The notes beneath the pieces were generated by a model. The model saw only the letters and a program-made list of their open reading frames with translations, ran no database searches and had not been told where the DNA came from. Position numbers and translations under genes: made by a program. From Gemmatimonadaceae bacterium (GTDB taxonomy: Bacteria; Gemmatimonadota; Gemmatimonadetes; Gemmatimonadales; Gemmatimonadaceae): a DNA stretch of 64,000 nucleotides. Positions 38,827-50,051 of the stretch are shown piece after piece. The stretch spans positions 867,930 to 931,929 of the forward strand of contig JBHYGA010000004.1 of the NCBI GenBank assembly GCA_051859245.1. Direction: 5' to 3'. The first letter of the stretch is position 1. Each line of letters starts with the position of its first letter.

Positions 38827-39987
38827 ATGCGCCAAGTCTCCACCGCGCAGCTTCAGCACTGGCTCGCGGCCCATGAGCCGCCTTGCATCTCGCTGTATCA
38901 GCCCACGCATCGACGGCATCCGGAAAACGCGCAGGATCCGATTCGATTTCGGAATCTGCTCAAAACAATTGCGGCGTCGCTTCACGAAGCGTATCCGTCC
39001 GTTGACGCGGCGGCACGACTGGCGCCATTCGAGAAGCTGGCCGACGATGTCGAGTTCTGGAAGTATCGCACCGAAGGGCTGGCGATACTGAGTTCCGCAA
39101 CATCGTTCGATGTGATCGATCTTCAGCGACCGGTCGCTGAACTCCTGGTGGTCGCCGATACCTATCATACGAAGCCATTGTTGCGCGTGATGCAGTCCGC
39201 CGATCGGTTTCAGGTGCTCGCCCTGAATCGACACGAAGCGAAACTGTTCGAGGGGAATCGCGATTCGCTCGATCCGGTCGCCATGGCGCACGTACCGTCA
39301 ACCATCACCGCTGCACTCGGTGACGAGCTCACGGAAAAGAGCCTCAGCAACGCGTCATATGCCGGAAACGCGGGCGGCGCCTCGGGACATGCTGGTGGTG
39401 CAATGCACCACGGTCACGGCTCACGCAAAGACGAGATAGAAGTTGACACCTCACGATTCTTTCGCGTGATCGATCGCGGCGTACTCGAACATCATTCCAA
39501 GCCATCGGGACTGCCGCTCATGCTGGCGGCGCTTCCGGAGCATCATGCGCCGTTTCGCGAGGTCAGTCATAATCCGTATCTCATGGAACACGGCATCGCC
39601 ATGAATGCCGACGCGCTTGATCTGGACGAACTGCGTGAAGAAGCGTGGAAGCACGTGGAGCCACTGTATCTCACGCGCCTCGGTGCGCTCATCGATGAGT
39701 TTCACGCGTCGCGCGCGCGTGAGCGCGGATCAGACGATATCTGGCAGGTCGCAGAAGCCGCCGTTGCGGGTCGCGTCGCCACGTTGCTCGTTGAAGCAGA
39801 CCGTGTGATTCCGGGACGGCTCGATCCCACGGGTCGTGTCACACTGAGCGAAGAAGTGGGTCCTGCAATTGACGACGTGCTCGACGATATCGCCGAGCAC
39901 GTGTTAAGAAAACATGGGGAAGTGATTGTGGTGCCTGCCGCTCGGATGCCTGGCAAGAGTGGCCTCGCGGCGACGTACCGCTATTGA
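38827..39987 (+). CDS. Bacterial archaeo-eukaryotic release factor-like protein (baeRF3-type)
   Basis: PCISLYQPTHR..DPIRFRNLL, KPLL, HHGHG, FFRVID, GRVATLLVE, DDVLDDIAE..GEV, LAATYRY end. Confidence 0.8.
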   Translation: MRQVSTAQLQHWLAAHEPPCISLYQPTHRRHPENAQDPIRFRNLLKTIAASLHEAYPSVDAAARLAPFEKLADDVEFWKYRTEGLAILSSATSFDVIDLQRPVAELLVVADTYHTKPLLRVMQSADRFQVLALNRHEAKLFEGNRDSLDPVAMAHVPSTITAALGDELTEKSLSNASYAGNAGGASGHAGGAMHHGHGSRKDEIEVDTSRFFRVIDRGVLEHHSKPSGLPLMLAALPEHHAPFREVSHNPYLMEHGIAMNADALDLDELREEAWKHVEPLYLTRLGALIDEFHASRARERGSDDIWQVAEAAVAGRVATLLVEADRVIPGRLDPTGRVTLSEEVGPAIDDVLDDIAEHVLRKHGEVIVVPAARMPGKSGLAATYRY

Positions 39988-39990
39988 CCC

Positions 39991-41211
39991 TTACTGCGGA
40001 AATCCTGCCTTTGAGACTTTGGGCATGATGCGCAACGCGTTCTGGAAGTACACCTTTTTGAGCACTTCGTCAGGAAGGTCAATGCCATACAACTTCCAGA
40101 ACGCGTGGTAGTCGCGGTAGTAGTCGAAGTAGTCATCGGCCGTTTCAAACACGCGCCAGTAATACGGATACTCCACCGGCTGGTATGAGTCTTTGCCAAA
40201 CAGGATGCGATCCTGGAATTTGATAAAGAACTCGCGCGCCGCACGCGGCTGACGGCCAATGTCGTAGAGTACGGCGCCAACTTCGGCGTGCACGTTCGGC
40301 GCGTCTGTCATCAGTTTTGCAAGCCTGCCGAGATCGTTGGCGTGCCAGCCGAGGTGAGCGGTGACAAACGTGGTGTTCCTGTGCTTCTTGAACAGATTGT
40401 CGCGTTCCGTCGCAAGCTGTTCAAAGCTTGGATTCGTCTCCGCCGGGTAGCGGCGATTCGGAAAGAGTGCGAGCTCAAGCCAACGTTCGTTGTTGAAATC
40501 AATCTCGTTCCAGAACTCCTGCGGATCGGCCGTGTGAATGAACACCGGCAACTGTAAACGCGCGCACGCTTCCCAGATGGGATCGAGCTCCGGATCATCA
40601 ATGCGCAGACGAGTTCCGTCAGCTTTTCTGATGCTCAGGCCAAAGCCCTTGGAGATTTCTCCAACGCCAACGGCACCCGCAGCGACATCTGCTTCCAGCT
40701 GTGCAACGGCACGCGCCGCCCAGCCCGGACCCACATTTGAGAAGTTGATGCCCGTGAGCACGCGCACGCGATCTTTCATGGTCGGCGACGCCTGAATTAC
40801 AGACATCGCACGCTGCAATCGCTCGCCCGACATGTTTTCGGCGGCAATCATCATGCGAATGTTGAGGCTGTCCAGCTGTCGGCCCATGCGCTCAATGCTT
40901 TCCACCGACGCGAGATTGCCGCCCGGGTGCCCGTGAAAATCGATCACCGGATACTTGGCGCGCGGAATTTTGTGCTCGGGCACAATCAGCGTATTACGCG
41001 GACGGTAGTCCACGATGCTTGGAATCGGCCCTTCCGGCGCCATGCAGTTGAGCGGACGGATTTCGGTGGTACCAGGCGGGCATGATTCGCCCGGCTTGAT
41101 CGCGGTGCCCCCACGAAACCCGCCACCGCCGCCAGCGGGAGGTTGCTGCGCCATCGTAACGGAGCTGAACATCACGAGTGCCGCAAACGCGGCGGCTGAT
41201 ACACGCACCAT
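39991..41211 (-). CDS. Exported amidohydrolase (Amidohydro_2 type)
   Basis: Signal peptide; IDFHGH, PVFIHTAD, AHLGW, DRILFGKD. Confidence 0.88.
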   Translation of the reverse strand: MVRVSAAAFAALVMFSSVTMAQQPPAGGGGGFRGGTAIKPGESCPPGTTEIRPLNCMAPEGPIPSIVDYRPRNTLIVPEHKIPRAKYPVIDFHGHPGGNLASVESIERMGRQLDSLNIRMMIAAENMSGERLQRAMSVIQASPTMKDRVRVLTGINFSNVGPGWAARAVAQLEADVAAGAVGVGEISKGFGLSIRKADGTRLRIDDPELDPIWEACARLQLPVFIHTADPQEFWNEIDFNNERWLELALFPNRRYPAETNPSFEQLATERDNLFKKHRNTTFVTAHLGWHANDLGRLAKLMTDAPNVHAEVGAVLYDIGRQPRAAREFFIKFQDRILFGKDSYQPVEYPYYWRVFETADDYFDYYRDYHAFWKLYGIDLPDEVLKKVYFQNALRIMPKVSKAGFPQ

Positions 41212-41263
41212 GAGTTTTCCTTGAAAAGAGACTGCTGAAATCTGCCTGAGAGTACGCGCAGCG

Positions 41264-42337
<1,074 letters not shown>

Positions 42338-42529
42338 ACGCGAATCGCGATGATGAGGTGAAGGTGCCGCTGACCTGAGTACGCGCCAGATCCTAAAAAC
42401 TAGAGCGCCGCTCCTCGAAAGTACGCGCCGTCACGCACCAGATGTTCCGACTGCGCTGGACACACCCCGGAACTGGAGGCATCGTCTCATGGTACGAGAA
42501 CACTCCCCGCCAAACAGGATCGTGCCGCC

Positions 42530-42916
42530 ATGGACTCGACCGATCGACTTCGCCAGCACCCGAAGGACCGACTCGCTGCACCAGTTCAACGGATTGATCT
42601 GGCGTCGCTTGCCGCCGATTTGCGCGCCGAACCCCACGCACCGGTTGCCGGACATCGGCAGATTGCCGTGGTGCGGGAGGGGCCGGTTACCGTGATCTTC
42701 TTTCTGTTCGATGCCGACGGCCACCTCAAAGAGCATCGCACGGATGGTCAGGTCACGATTCATGTCTTGGCCGGCCGTCTGGAGGTTGGCGTGGACGACG
42801 AACGCCATGAGCTCTCGGCCGGGCAGTTGCTGGCGCTGGCGCCGGGCGTTGCGCACAGTGTTCGGGCGTTGGCCGAAAGTGAAATGCTGCTGACCGTGAA
42901 CCGCCACGGCATGTAG
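42530..42916 (+). CDS. Cupin-domain protein
   Basis: LKEHRTDG..IHVLAG, PGVAHSV. Confidence 0.82.
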   Translation: MDSTDRLRQHPKDRLAAPVQRIDLASLAADLRAEPHAPVAGHRQIAVVREGPVTVIFFLFDADGHLKEHRTDGQVTIHVLAGRLEVGVDDERHELSAGQLLALAPGVAHSVRALAESEMLLTVNRHGM

Positions 42917-42946
42917 CGTATCGCGCGAGTGGCCTATGTTTCAGCC

Positions 42947-44194
42947 ATGAAGCGAGTAGTAGTAATCGGAGCCGGCGCAGCTGGCACAATGGCGGCCATC
43001 TTCTCCGCGCTTGGTGGCGCGGAAACGTGGCTCATCGAGCGCACGCGAGACGGCGGGCGAAAAATTCTCATCAGTGGCGGCGGCCGGTGCAATGTGTTGC
43101 CGGCGCGCGTGGATGAGTCGCGATTTGTGACGGATTCGTCACCCAACCTGTTGCGCAAAATTGTGCGCGCATGGCCACTCGCCGAGCAACGCGTATTTTT
43201 TGAGCAGACGCTTGGAATTCCGCTGGAAGAAGAGGTGGAGTCGGCCAAGTTGTTTCCCGCGTCGCACCGCGCGCGTGATGTGCGTGACGGTTTGCTGCAT
43301 TACGCGCGCGAATGTGGGGTGCGCACGCGGATGGACACACGTGTTACCGGCATCATACCCATTGATGGTCGATGGGAAGTGCTCGTGGATAACGGCGAGC
43401 CGCTCCTGGCCGACGCCGTGATTGTGGCCACCGGCGGGCTGTCGGTGCCCAACACCGGGAGCGACGGTGCCGGGCTGAACATGTTGTCACGGCTTGGGCA
43501 TACCATGCATCCCACGTACGCCGCGCTCACACCGCTCAGTACAAACTCGCCTGCCTTCAACGCGCTGTCCGGCATTTCGTTGTCGGTGTCCATGACCGCA
43601 AAAAGTGATGCGCACTCAGCGCAAGCGAGCGGAGGATTTCTGTTTACCCATCACGGGTACAGTGGTCCGTCGGTGCTCAATGTGTCACACGTTGCGGTGC
43701 GCGCGCGGGCGGGTCACACATCGGGTGCGCGCGTGCATGTGCAATGGACGCCGTGGGGGGATGCCGAATGGGAGGCGGCGCTCAAGCCGCAGGGTGCGCG
43801 TACCGTCACGGGCGCGTTGCGTGCAATGCTGCCGGATCGCTTGGCGACCGTGCTGCTTGCCGATGCCGGAGTTGACGCCACGCGCGCACTGTCCGAGCTG
43901 CGACGTGAAGAGCGCCGACGACTGATTGACACACTTGTGCGCGGCGAACTGCCGTGGAACGGCGATGAAGGCTACAAAAAAGCGGAAGTCACCGGTGGTG
44001 GCGTAGCGCTGAGCGAAGTGCATCCACGTACCATGGAAAGCCGACGACACGCGGGGCTGTATTTGTGCGGTGAGGTGCTCGACGCATTCGGGCCGATTGG
44101 CGGTTACAACTTTTTGTGGGCGTGGTCCACGGGACGCTCGGCGGGAATGGCTGCCGCGCGCGACACGAACACCTCAGATACGGCAGCGGAGTAA
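42947..44194 (+). CDS. HI0933/BaiN-family flavoprotein
   Basis: IGAGAAG, GRKILISGGGRCN, ATGGLS, LFTHHGYSGP, VTGGGV, GEVLD..GGYN. Confidence 0.92.
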   Translation: MKRVVVIGAGAAGTMAAIFSALGGAETWLIERTRDGGRKILISGGGRCNVLPARVDESRFVTDSSPNLLRKIVRAWPLAEQRVFFEQTLGIPLEEEVESAKLFPASHRARDVRDGLLHYARECGVRTRMDTRVTGIIPIDGRWEVLVDNGEPLLADAVIVATGGLSVPNTGSDGAGLNMLSRLGHTMHPTYAALTPLSTNSPAFNALSGISLSVSMTAKSDAHSAQASGGFLFTHHGYSGPSVLNVSHVAVRARAGHTSGARVHVQWTPWGDAEWEAALKPQGARTVTGALRAMLPDRLATVLLADAGVDATRALSELRREERRRLIDTLVRGELPWNGDEGYKKAEVTGGGVALSEVHPRTMESRRHAGLYLCGEVLDAFGPIGGYNFLWAWSTGRSAGMAAARDTNTSDTAAE

Positions 44195-44197
44195 CGC

Positions 44198-44746
44198 GTG
44201 GCGCTCACGTCAACGTTGTATACGCTCGACATTGTGCTGTCGCACGTCGATCGGCATGTGTATGAAACGCTGGCGCTTCGAGTGCCCATGCACCCATCAG
44301 AGTCGCCGGAGTATTTCGTAGCGCGCGTGCTGGCGTACTGTCTTGAGTACACGGACGGCATCACGTTCTCACGCGGTGTGTCTGATCCCGACGATACAAC
44401 GATTGCGGTGCGCGATCTCACGGGCGCGCTGCACACCTGGATCGAGATTGGCGCACCCGATGCGGCACGACTGCACAAAGCCAGCAAGGCGGCATCACGG
44501 GTCGCGATCTATACGCATCGCGACCCCGTCATTGTATTGCGCGGCTACGCTGGCGAACGAATTCACCGCGTGGAACAGATCACGCTGTTCGCGATTGATC
44601 GCGAACTGATCGCGTCGCTGGTGGAGCAGTTGGATCGTCGCATGAAGCTTGATGTTACGGTCACCGACGGAACGCTCTATGTCACGATTGACGGTGTGAT
44701 GTTCAGTGGCGACGTGGTGTCGTATCCGGTGCAGGCCATCGCCTGA
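44198..44746 (+). CDS. yaeQ: YaeQ-family protein
   Basis: MALTST..DRHVYE..HPSES..RVLAY..WIEIGAPD..LHKA. Confidence 0.88.
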   Translation: MALTSTLYTLDIVLSHVDRHVYETLALRVPMHPSESPEYFVARVLAYCLEYTDGITFSRGVSDPDDTTIAVRDLTGALHTWIEIGAPDAARLHKASKAASRVAIYTHRDPVIVLRGYAGERIHRVEQITLFAIDRELIASLVEQLDRRMKLDVTVTDGTLYVTIDGVMFSGDVVSYPVQAIA

Positions 44747-44863
44747 ACGTGCTGTGATCGGTGTTACCGTGCGGCCCGTGATGCAGGACACGGCGTGGTT
44801 GGCGAAGCGGTGCAAACGTTGGAGCGACGAGACGCCTCATCCCACGTACGGAGCACCCGCTTT

Positions 44864-45658
44864 ATGTCGCGCACAACGTCCCACCGTTCTACCCGCCACA
44901 CCGCTCGTTCTGTCGTTGCTTCATTTCTAATCATGTCTGTCGTCGCCTGCGGTTCTGATGTGCCCTCCGAACCGGACGCAAGTTTTGCGGCGGCGAATTC
45001 GAGAGGTGGCAACGGATCGACAGGTGGTACCGCCGGCGCCTCGGGCAGCAATAGCACCTCGGCCTCACGCTGCAACGGCACGTTGGGAGCCGTTACGGTG
45101 GAACAGGTGTCGGTACCGAACGGCGCCTCGTGCACGCTGAACGGAACGCGAGTGCGGGGCGACGTGAAAGTTGCGAGCGGTGCAACGCTCATCGCCGACG
45201 GCGCACGCATTGACGGAAACATTCAGGCCGAAGATGCACTGAGCGTAGCCGTGCGAAACGGCACGTTCGTGGATGGTGATGTACAGATCAAGCGTCGCTC
45301 CTCAGTTCGCGTGGAGAACGCCATCATCGACGGCAACCTGCAGCTGGAAGAATCAGGCGTATCGCTGATCGCGACTGACACTCGCGTAAATGGCGACCTG
45401 CAAGTCAAGAAGGGCAACTCGGCAGATATCTCGAACAGCTCCGTGCGCGGCAATATTCAGCTGGAAGAAAATCGCGGAGCGCTGTTCGCCAACGCGAACG
45501 AGGTCGGCAGCAACTTTCAGGTCTTCAAGAATGTGGGCGGTGTGCGTCTCACGTCGAATCGGATCGCACAAGCGTTGCAGTGCAAGGAAAACTCGCCGGC
45601 GCCAACGGGCGGATCGAACACTGCTGGAGAAAAAGAAGAGCAGTGCCGTTCGTTGTGA
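44864..45658 (+). CDS. Lipoprotein with about 22-aa beta-helix-like repeats
   Basis: Lipobox VVAC; repeated (V/I)xG(D/N)(V/I/L)Q units. Confidence 0.75.
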   Translation: MSRTTSHRSTRHTARSVVASFLIMSVVACGSDVPSEPDASFAAANSRGGNGSTGGTAGASGSNSTSASRCNGTLGAVTVEQVSVPNGASCTLNGTRVRGDVKVASGATLIADGARIDGNIQAEDALSVAVRNGTFVDGDVQIKRRSSVRVENAIIDGNLQLEESGVSLIATDTRVNGDLQVKKGNSADISNSSVRGNIQLEENRGALFANANEVGSNFQVFKNVGGVRLTSNRIAQALQCKENSPAPTGGSNTAGEKEEQCRSL

Positions 45659-45663
45659 GCGTG

Positions 45664-46482
45664 CTAGGTTGCGAGAAATAGTCGTGTGAACGCGGGCAGT
45701 TCCGCCAGAAACCCAGCCGGTGGCGCACCGGAAAAGTCCCGGAAATCGCGCACCAGATGTGATTGGTCGAAGTAGCCACACGCAAGCGCCACCCGAGCGA
45801 GACTGCTCGGGTCGGCGCGCCAGGCGGAGAACACACGCTGAAAGCGCATGATGCGGCACAGGAGTTTCGGCGAAATGCCGACCTGGTGCAGAAACAATCG
45901 TTGCATCGTGCGCGGCGTGAGGCCAACCGCAGACACCAGATCGTCTAGCGATACCGCGCCGTGTTGCGCGCGGATCGCCAACACCACCGTGGCAACGCGC
46001 TGATCAATCGTGTTTGATGATTGCAGCCGTGCGAGCAGGTGCGCCACGATGAGTTGTTCGCGCGCTGTTGTACTGATGGCGTCGGCACCATCGTCAAAGA
46101 GCGCTGTTTCCAGCGCCGAGATCGCCGTTGCACGAAGTGGACACCACGTATTGGTGAGCGCGCCAACATTTGAGTGCAACAACGCCGCTCCGTGCGATTC
46201 AAAACGCACGGCGAAAAGATCAACAGTGCCCGTGGGTCGCACCACCATGGGTTGTGTGATCTGGCCAACGAGAAAGGCGCGCGGCTGCAATTGCACGCGG
46301 CCATCAGCCGTCAGATGTTCGAACGGCGCGCCGAAGTTGAAGATCAGTTCGGGAGAACCGTCCGGAAGCGCTGGCTCCGCCGCTTGGTCGCCCGTTGCCG
46401 TGCCGCTGCCGTCAGTCAGCGACCAGAAGCAGCGAATCAGGGGGCGGAGCGGGTGGGGTGGAAGCCATTCTGCATAGTCCAT
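45664..46482 (-). CDS. AraC-family regulator (DUF6597-type N-terminus)
   Basis: PHPLRPLIRCFW, LPDGSPELIF, RTMQRLF..VGISPK, GYFDQSHLVRDFRDFSG. Confidence 0.9.
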   Translation of the reverse strand: MDYAEWLPPHPLRPLIRCFWSLTDGSGTATGDQAAEPALPDGSPELIFNFGAPFEHLTADGRVQLQPRAFLVGQITQPMVVRPTGTVDLFAVRFESHGAALLHSNVGALTNTWCPLRATAISALETALFDDGADAISTTAREQLIVAHLLARLQSSNTIDQRVATVVLAIRAQHGAVSLDDLVSAVGLTPRTMQRLFLHQVGISPKLLCRIMRFQRVFSAWRADPSSLARVALACGYFDQSHLVRDFRDFSGAPPAGFLAELPAFTRLFLAT

Positions 46483-46611
46483 GTGCGCCAAGATCGAGTG
46501 CGGCGTCGCTTTTGTCCAAGCGCGACGGCGCCCGGTCGCGCTAAGCTCCCTGCATCGCTGATCTCATTGACGTGCCCTCGCGGGCCGGTCACCACCTTCC
46601 GATGGTCATCC

Positions 46612-47115
46612 ATGGTCTTCGCGCACCTCCGCCACGTCGTTGTTCCGCTCATGGGTGTGTTGTTCGCAGCCCCGCTCGGAACGCTTGTCGCGCAAGCCGC
46701 GCCCGCGCACGATCTGGCAACGCTCAACTTCATGGCTGGCTGCTGGGAAATGAGCGGCGCATCACCACGTGTGACCAATGAGAGTTGGATGGCACCGCGC
46801 GGCGGCCTCATGCTCGGCATGAGCCGCACCGTGGTGCGTGATACGGCGCGTGAGTTTGAATCACTGCGTATTGAACGGCGACGCGGCGTGGCCACGTACG
46901 TAGCGCAGCCTGGCGGCGGCGCAAGGACGGCCTTTGCGGCCACGGTATTCACCGACTCACTCGTGGTGTTCGCCAATCCGGCGCACGATTTTCCACAGCG
47001 CATTCTGTATCGCCGAGCCGGTCGAGATTCACTCGTCGCTCGCATTGAAGGCGATCAAGGCGGAACAGTGCGCGGGTTTGATTTTCCCATGCGACGGGTG
47101 AACTGCGTGCCGTAG
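46612..47115 (+). CDS. Exported DUF6265-like protein
   Basis: Signal peptide; FMAGCW..ESW..MLGMSR..FE..FANPAHDFPQRILY. Confidence 0.8.
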   Translation: MVFAHLRHVVVPLMGVLFAAPLGTLVAQAAPAHDLATLNFMAGCWEMSGASPRVTNESWMAPRGGLMLGMSRTVVRDTAREFESLRIERRRGVATYVAQPGGGARTAFAATVFTDSLVVFANPAHDFPQRILYRRAGRDSLVARIEGDQGGTVRGFDFPMRRVNCVP

Positions 47116-47279
47116 CGAGCTCGACCGGGCGCGTTACGCGTCCGTGACCGCCGTGTGGTGATGTTGTTTCGGAATGCAACGACAATTGAGACTTCGCTGC
47201 CGATCCGCACTCGTCAAGGTGCGAATGGCCCATCATCTGTCACCAACGTGCAAACGCGCGTTGCCATTCCGGACCGCTC

Positions 47280-50030
47280 GTGATCCCAACACGCCGATTC
47301 GTTGCGCCTGCGCGCAGCGCACTCTTCACGCTCCTGATCGCGTTCGGGCTTGCCGCCTGCGCCGACACGTCAACCGCGCCAGCGAGCCTTGCGAGCATCG
47401 ATGTCGCATTGGCCTCTGCGTCCGTGCAGGCGGGCTCCACCACCACGGCGTCGGCGCAAGGCCGTGCGACTGATGGGTCGGCAACGGCAACCGGCAAGAT
47501 TGTCTGGTCCTCGTCCGCGAGTTCGGTCGCAACGATCAATGAGTTCGGTGTGATCACTGCGGTCGCCGCTGGTACCACGCAGATTACCGCAACATCCGGC
47601 AACATCACGGGCACGCAGGCGCTCACGGTCACGCCGCCACCGCCAGCGCTCACGACGATTGTGGTCGCGTTGCCCAATGCGAGCCTCGCGCTCGGCGAAT
47701 CGTCGTTGGCAACCGCGACAGGACGTGATCAGTTCGGTGCCGCCTTTCCCACAGGCACCGTCACGTGGACATCGTCTGCTACGGGCGTCGCGACGGTGTC
47801 TTCCGCAGGCGTGGTCACGGCGATCGCGCCGGGCACCACCCAGTTGTCAGCGGCCGCCGGCGGTCGCACTGGCACACTCACCGTGACGGTGAATGCCCCG
47901 CCGGCCATTCGCATTAACGAAGTGGAATCAAACGGCGGCACGCCCGGCGATTGGGTTGAGCTGTACAACGCCACGAATGCCACCGTTGACGTGTCTGGCT
48001 GGGCGCTCAAAGACAATGATGACTCGCGCACGTTCCGATTCGCCGCCGGCACCACGATCGCCGCGGGTGCGTACCTCGTCGTAGAAGAAGCCACGTTCAA
48101 CTACGGACTTGGCGCTGCAGATACGGCCCGACTGTTCAATCAGTTTGGCGCGCGCGTGGATTCGTACGGCTGGAGTGCACACGCGAGCACTTCGTATGGC
48201 CGTTGTCCGAATGGCAGTGGACCGTTTGTCACGATGTCGAGTGTGACCAAGGGTGCCGCGAACGACTGTCGTCCACAGATCAAAGTGAACGAGGTTGAAT
48301 CGAACGGTGGCACGCCGGGCGACTGGATTGAGCTCTACAATGTGGGCAGCACCACCGTAGATCTTTCGGGATTCATTGTCAAAGACAACGACGACGCACG
48401 GACCACACGTCTACCCGCTGGCTCAACCATCGCACCAGGTGCGTTCTTCATCATTGAAGAAACCACACTCGGCTTTGGTCTCGGATCGGCAGATGCGGCG
48501 CGCATTTACGACGCCACCGGCGTGTTGATTGACGAGTATTCGTGGAGTGCGCACGCCACCACGACGTACGCACGCTGCCCTGATGGAACGGGTGGCTTTA
48601 CCACGTCCACCACGTCAACGAAGGGCGCCACCAACAACTGCGTTGGCGCGGTGAAGGTAAATGAAGTGGAGTCAAACGGCGGCACGCCGGGTGATTGGAT
48701 TGAGTTGTACAACGCCGGTGGCAGTCCGGTTGATATCTCGAACTTCATCGTCAAAGACAACGACGACACGCGCAACACGCGCATCCCGGCCGGCACAACA
48801 CTCGCGCCGGGCGCGTTCTACGTGATTGAAGAAGACGCGCTCGGCTTCGGCCTCGGTGGCGCAGACGCCGCGCGTTTGTTTGACGCGAACGGTGCGCTTG
48901 TGGATTCGTACGAGTGGACTGCGCACGCCGCACTCACGTATGGCCGCTGTCCCGATGGGTCGGGTGCGTTCGCCAGCACAACGGTGTCGACGAAAGGTGC
49001 AGCAAACATCTGCACGCCCGTTGCGCCAACCAGCGCCCCATGGCCCGGAAGTGACAACACGCAAACCGTTGTTGGTGCGAACGTCTTTGGCACCAACATG
49101 AGTGGACTCACCTTTGAGAGCGCGAGCGGTGGCAACCCGTCGGTGCTTTGGGCCTCCAAGAACGGTCCCGGAAGTTTGTATCGCCTGATCTTCAGCGGCG
49201 GCATCTGGACACCCGATCCCGCGAATAACTGGGCCACCGGGAAACTCCTGCGCTATCCCGACGGCTCTGGTGATGTCGATGCCGAAGGCGTCACGTTCGC
49301 GGCCGGTGGTTCTGCGGGTGGTATGTACATCGCCGCCGAACGCAACAACGCGTCGAGTGGCGTGAGTCGTAACAGCGTGCTGCGCTACGATGTCTCGCAG
49401 GCTGGTGCGTCGCTCACCGCTACGAACGAATGGAATCTCACCAGCGATTTGCCGGTGGTTGGCGCCAACCTCGGTGCTGAAGCCATCACCTGGATTCCCG
49501 ACAGCGTGCTCGTGAATCGCGGCTTCTTTGATGAATCAAAGAATCGCGCCTACAATCCCGCAGACTACGCGGATCACGGAACCGGCATCTTCTTTGTCGG
49601 CCTTGAAGCGAATGGCATCATCTATGCCTTTGCGCTGAATCACGCCAACAACAGCTTCACGCGAGTTGCCACCATTACCACGGGCTACCCCGGCGTAATG
49701 GGTCTTGAATACGATCCCGCTACCAAGTATCTGTGGGCCATCTGTGATGACGGCTGCGGCACCACGATGGGCGTGCTGGAGATCGATGTTGCCGCCGCGT
49801 CACCAACGCGCGGACGTTTTCAGTCACCGCGTCGTTTTGCGCGTCCGGCATCGCTTGGCAACTTCAACAACGAAGGGTTTGCGTTCGGCACGCAAGCCGA
49901 GTGCGTGAACGGACTCAAGCCGGCGTTCTGGGCGGATGACAATCAGACGGGCGGATTTGCTATTCGCAGTGCGTCCATGCCGTGCGGACCGATTGCGGCC
50001 GCACCGTTTATGGCGCGCGCGCGACGCTGA
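47280..50030 (+). CDS. Large lipoprotein: 2 Ig-like (Big_2) domains, 3 lamin-tail domains, C-terminal propeller-like domain
   Basis: Lipobox LAAC; WSSS..VAT..G.IT twice; NEVESNGGTPGDW(V/I)ELYN three times; C-terminal SGL, DAEGV, GAEAI, NNEG. Confidence 0.85.
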   Translation: MIPTRRFVAPARSALFTLLIAFGLAACADTSTAPASLASIDVALASASVQAGSTTTASAQGRATDGSATATGKIVWSSSASSVATINEFGVITAVAAGTTQITATSGNITGTQALTVTPPPPALTTIVVALPNASLALGESSLATATGRDQFGAAFPTGTVTWTSSATGVATVSSAGVVTAIAPGTTQLSAAAGGRTGTLTVTVNAPPAIRINEVESNGGTPGDWVELYNATNATVDVSGWALKDNDDSRTFRFAAGTTIAAGAYLVVEEATFNYGLGAADTARLFNQFGARVDSYGWSAHASTSYGRCPNGSGPFVTMSSVTKGAANDCRPQIKVNEVESNGGTPGDWIELYNVGSTTVDLSGFIVKDNDDARTTRLPAGSTIAPGAFFIIEETTLGFGLGSADAARIYDATGVLIDEYSWSAHATTTYARCPDGTGGFTTSTTSTKGATNNCVGAVKVNEVESNGGTPGDWIELYNAGGSPVDISNFIVKDNDDTRNTRIPAGTTLAPGAFYVIEEDALGFGLGGADAARLFDANGALVDSYEWTAHAALTYGRCPDGSGAFASTTVSTKGAANICTPVAPTSAPWPGSDNTQTVVGANVFGTNMSGLTFESASGGNPSVLWASKNGPGSLYRLIFSGGIWTPDPANNWATGKLLRYPDGSGDVDAEGVTFAAGGSAGGMYIAAERNNASSGVSRNSVLRYDVSQAGASLTATNEWNLTSDLPVVGANLGAEAITWIPDSVLVNRGFFDESKNRAYNPADYADHGTGIFFVGLEANGIIYAFALNHANNSFTRVATITTGYPGVMGLEYDPATKYLWAICDDGCGTTMGVLEIDVAAASPTRGRFQSPRRFARPASLGNFNNEGFAFGTQAECVNGLKPAFWADDNQTGGFAIRSASMPCGPIAAAPFMARARR
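47916..49031 (+). repeat. Three tandem 372-bp coding repeats (lamin-tail domains)
   Basis: NEVESNGG-encoding segments start at 47916, 48288 and 48660; end of the third unit extrapolated. Confidence 0.85.
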
Positions 50031-50051
50031 TCGTTTTCGCGAGACGCTGCG

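Noticed and set aside
47916..49031. Regularly spaced repeats as a CRISPR array
   Set aside because: 372-bp period, in-frame protein domains with synonymous variation, and no cas genes.
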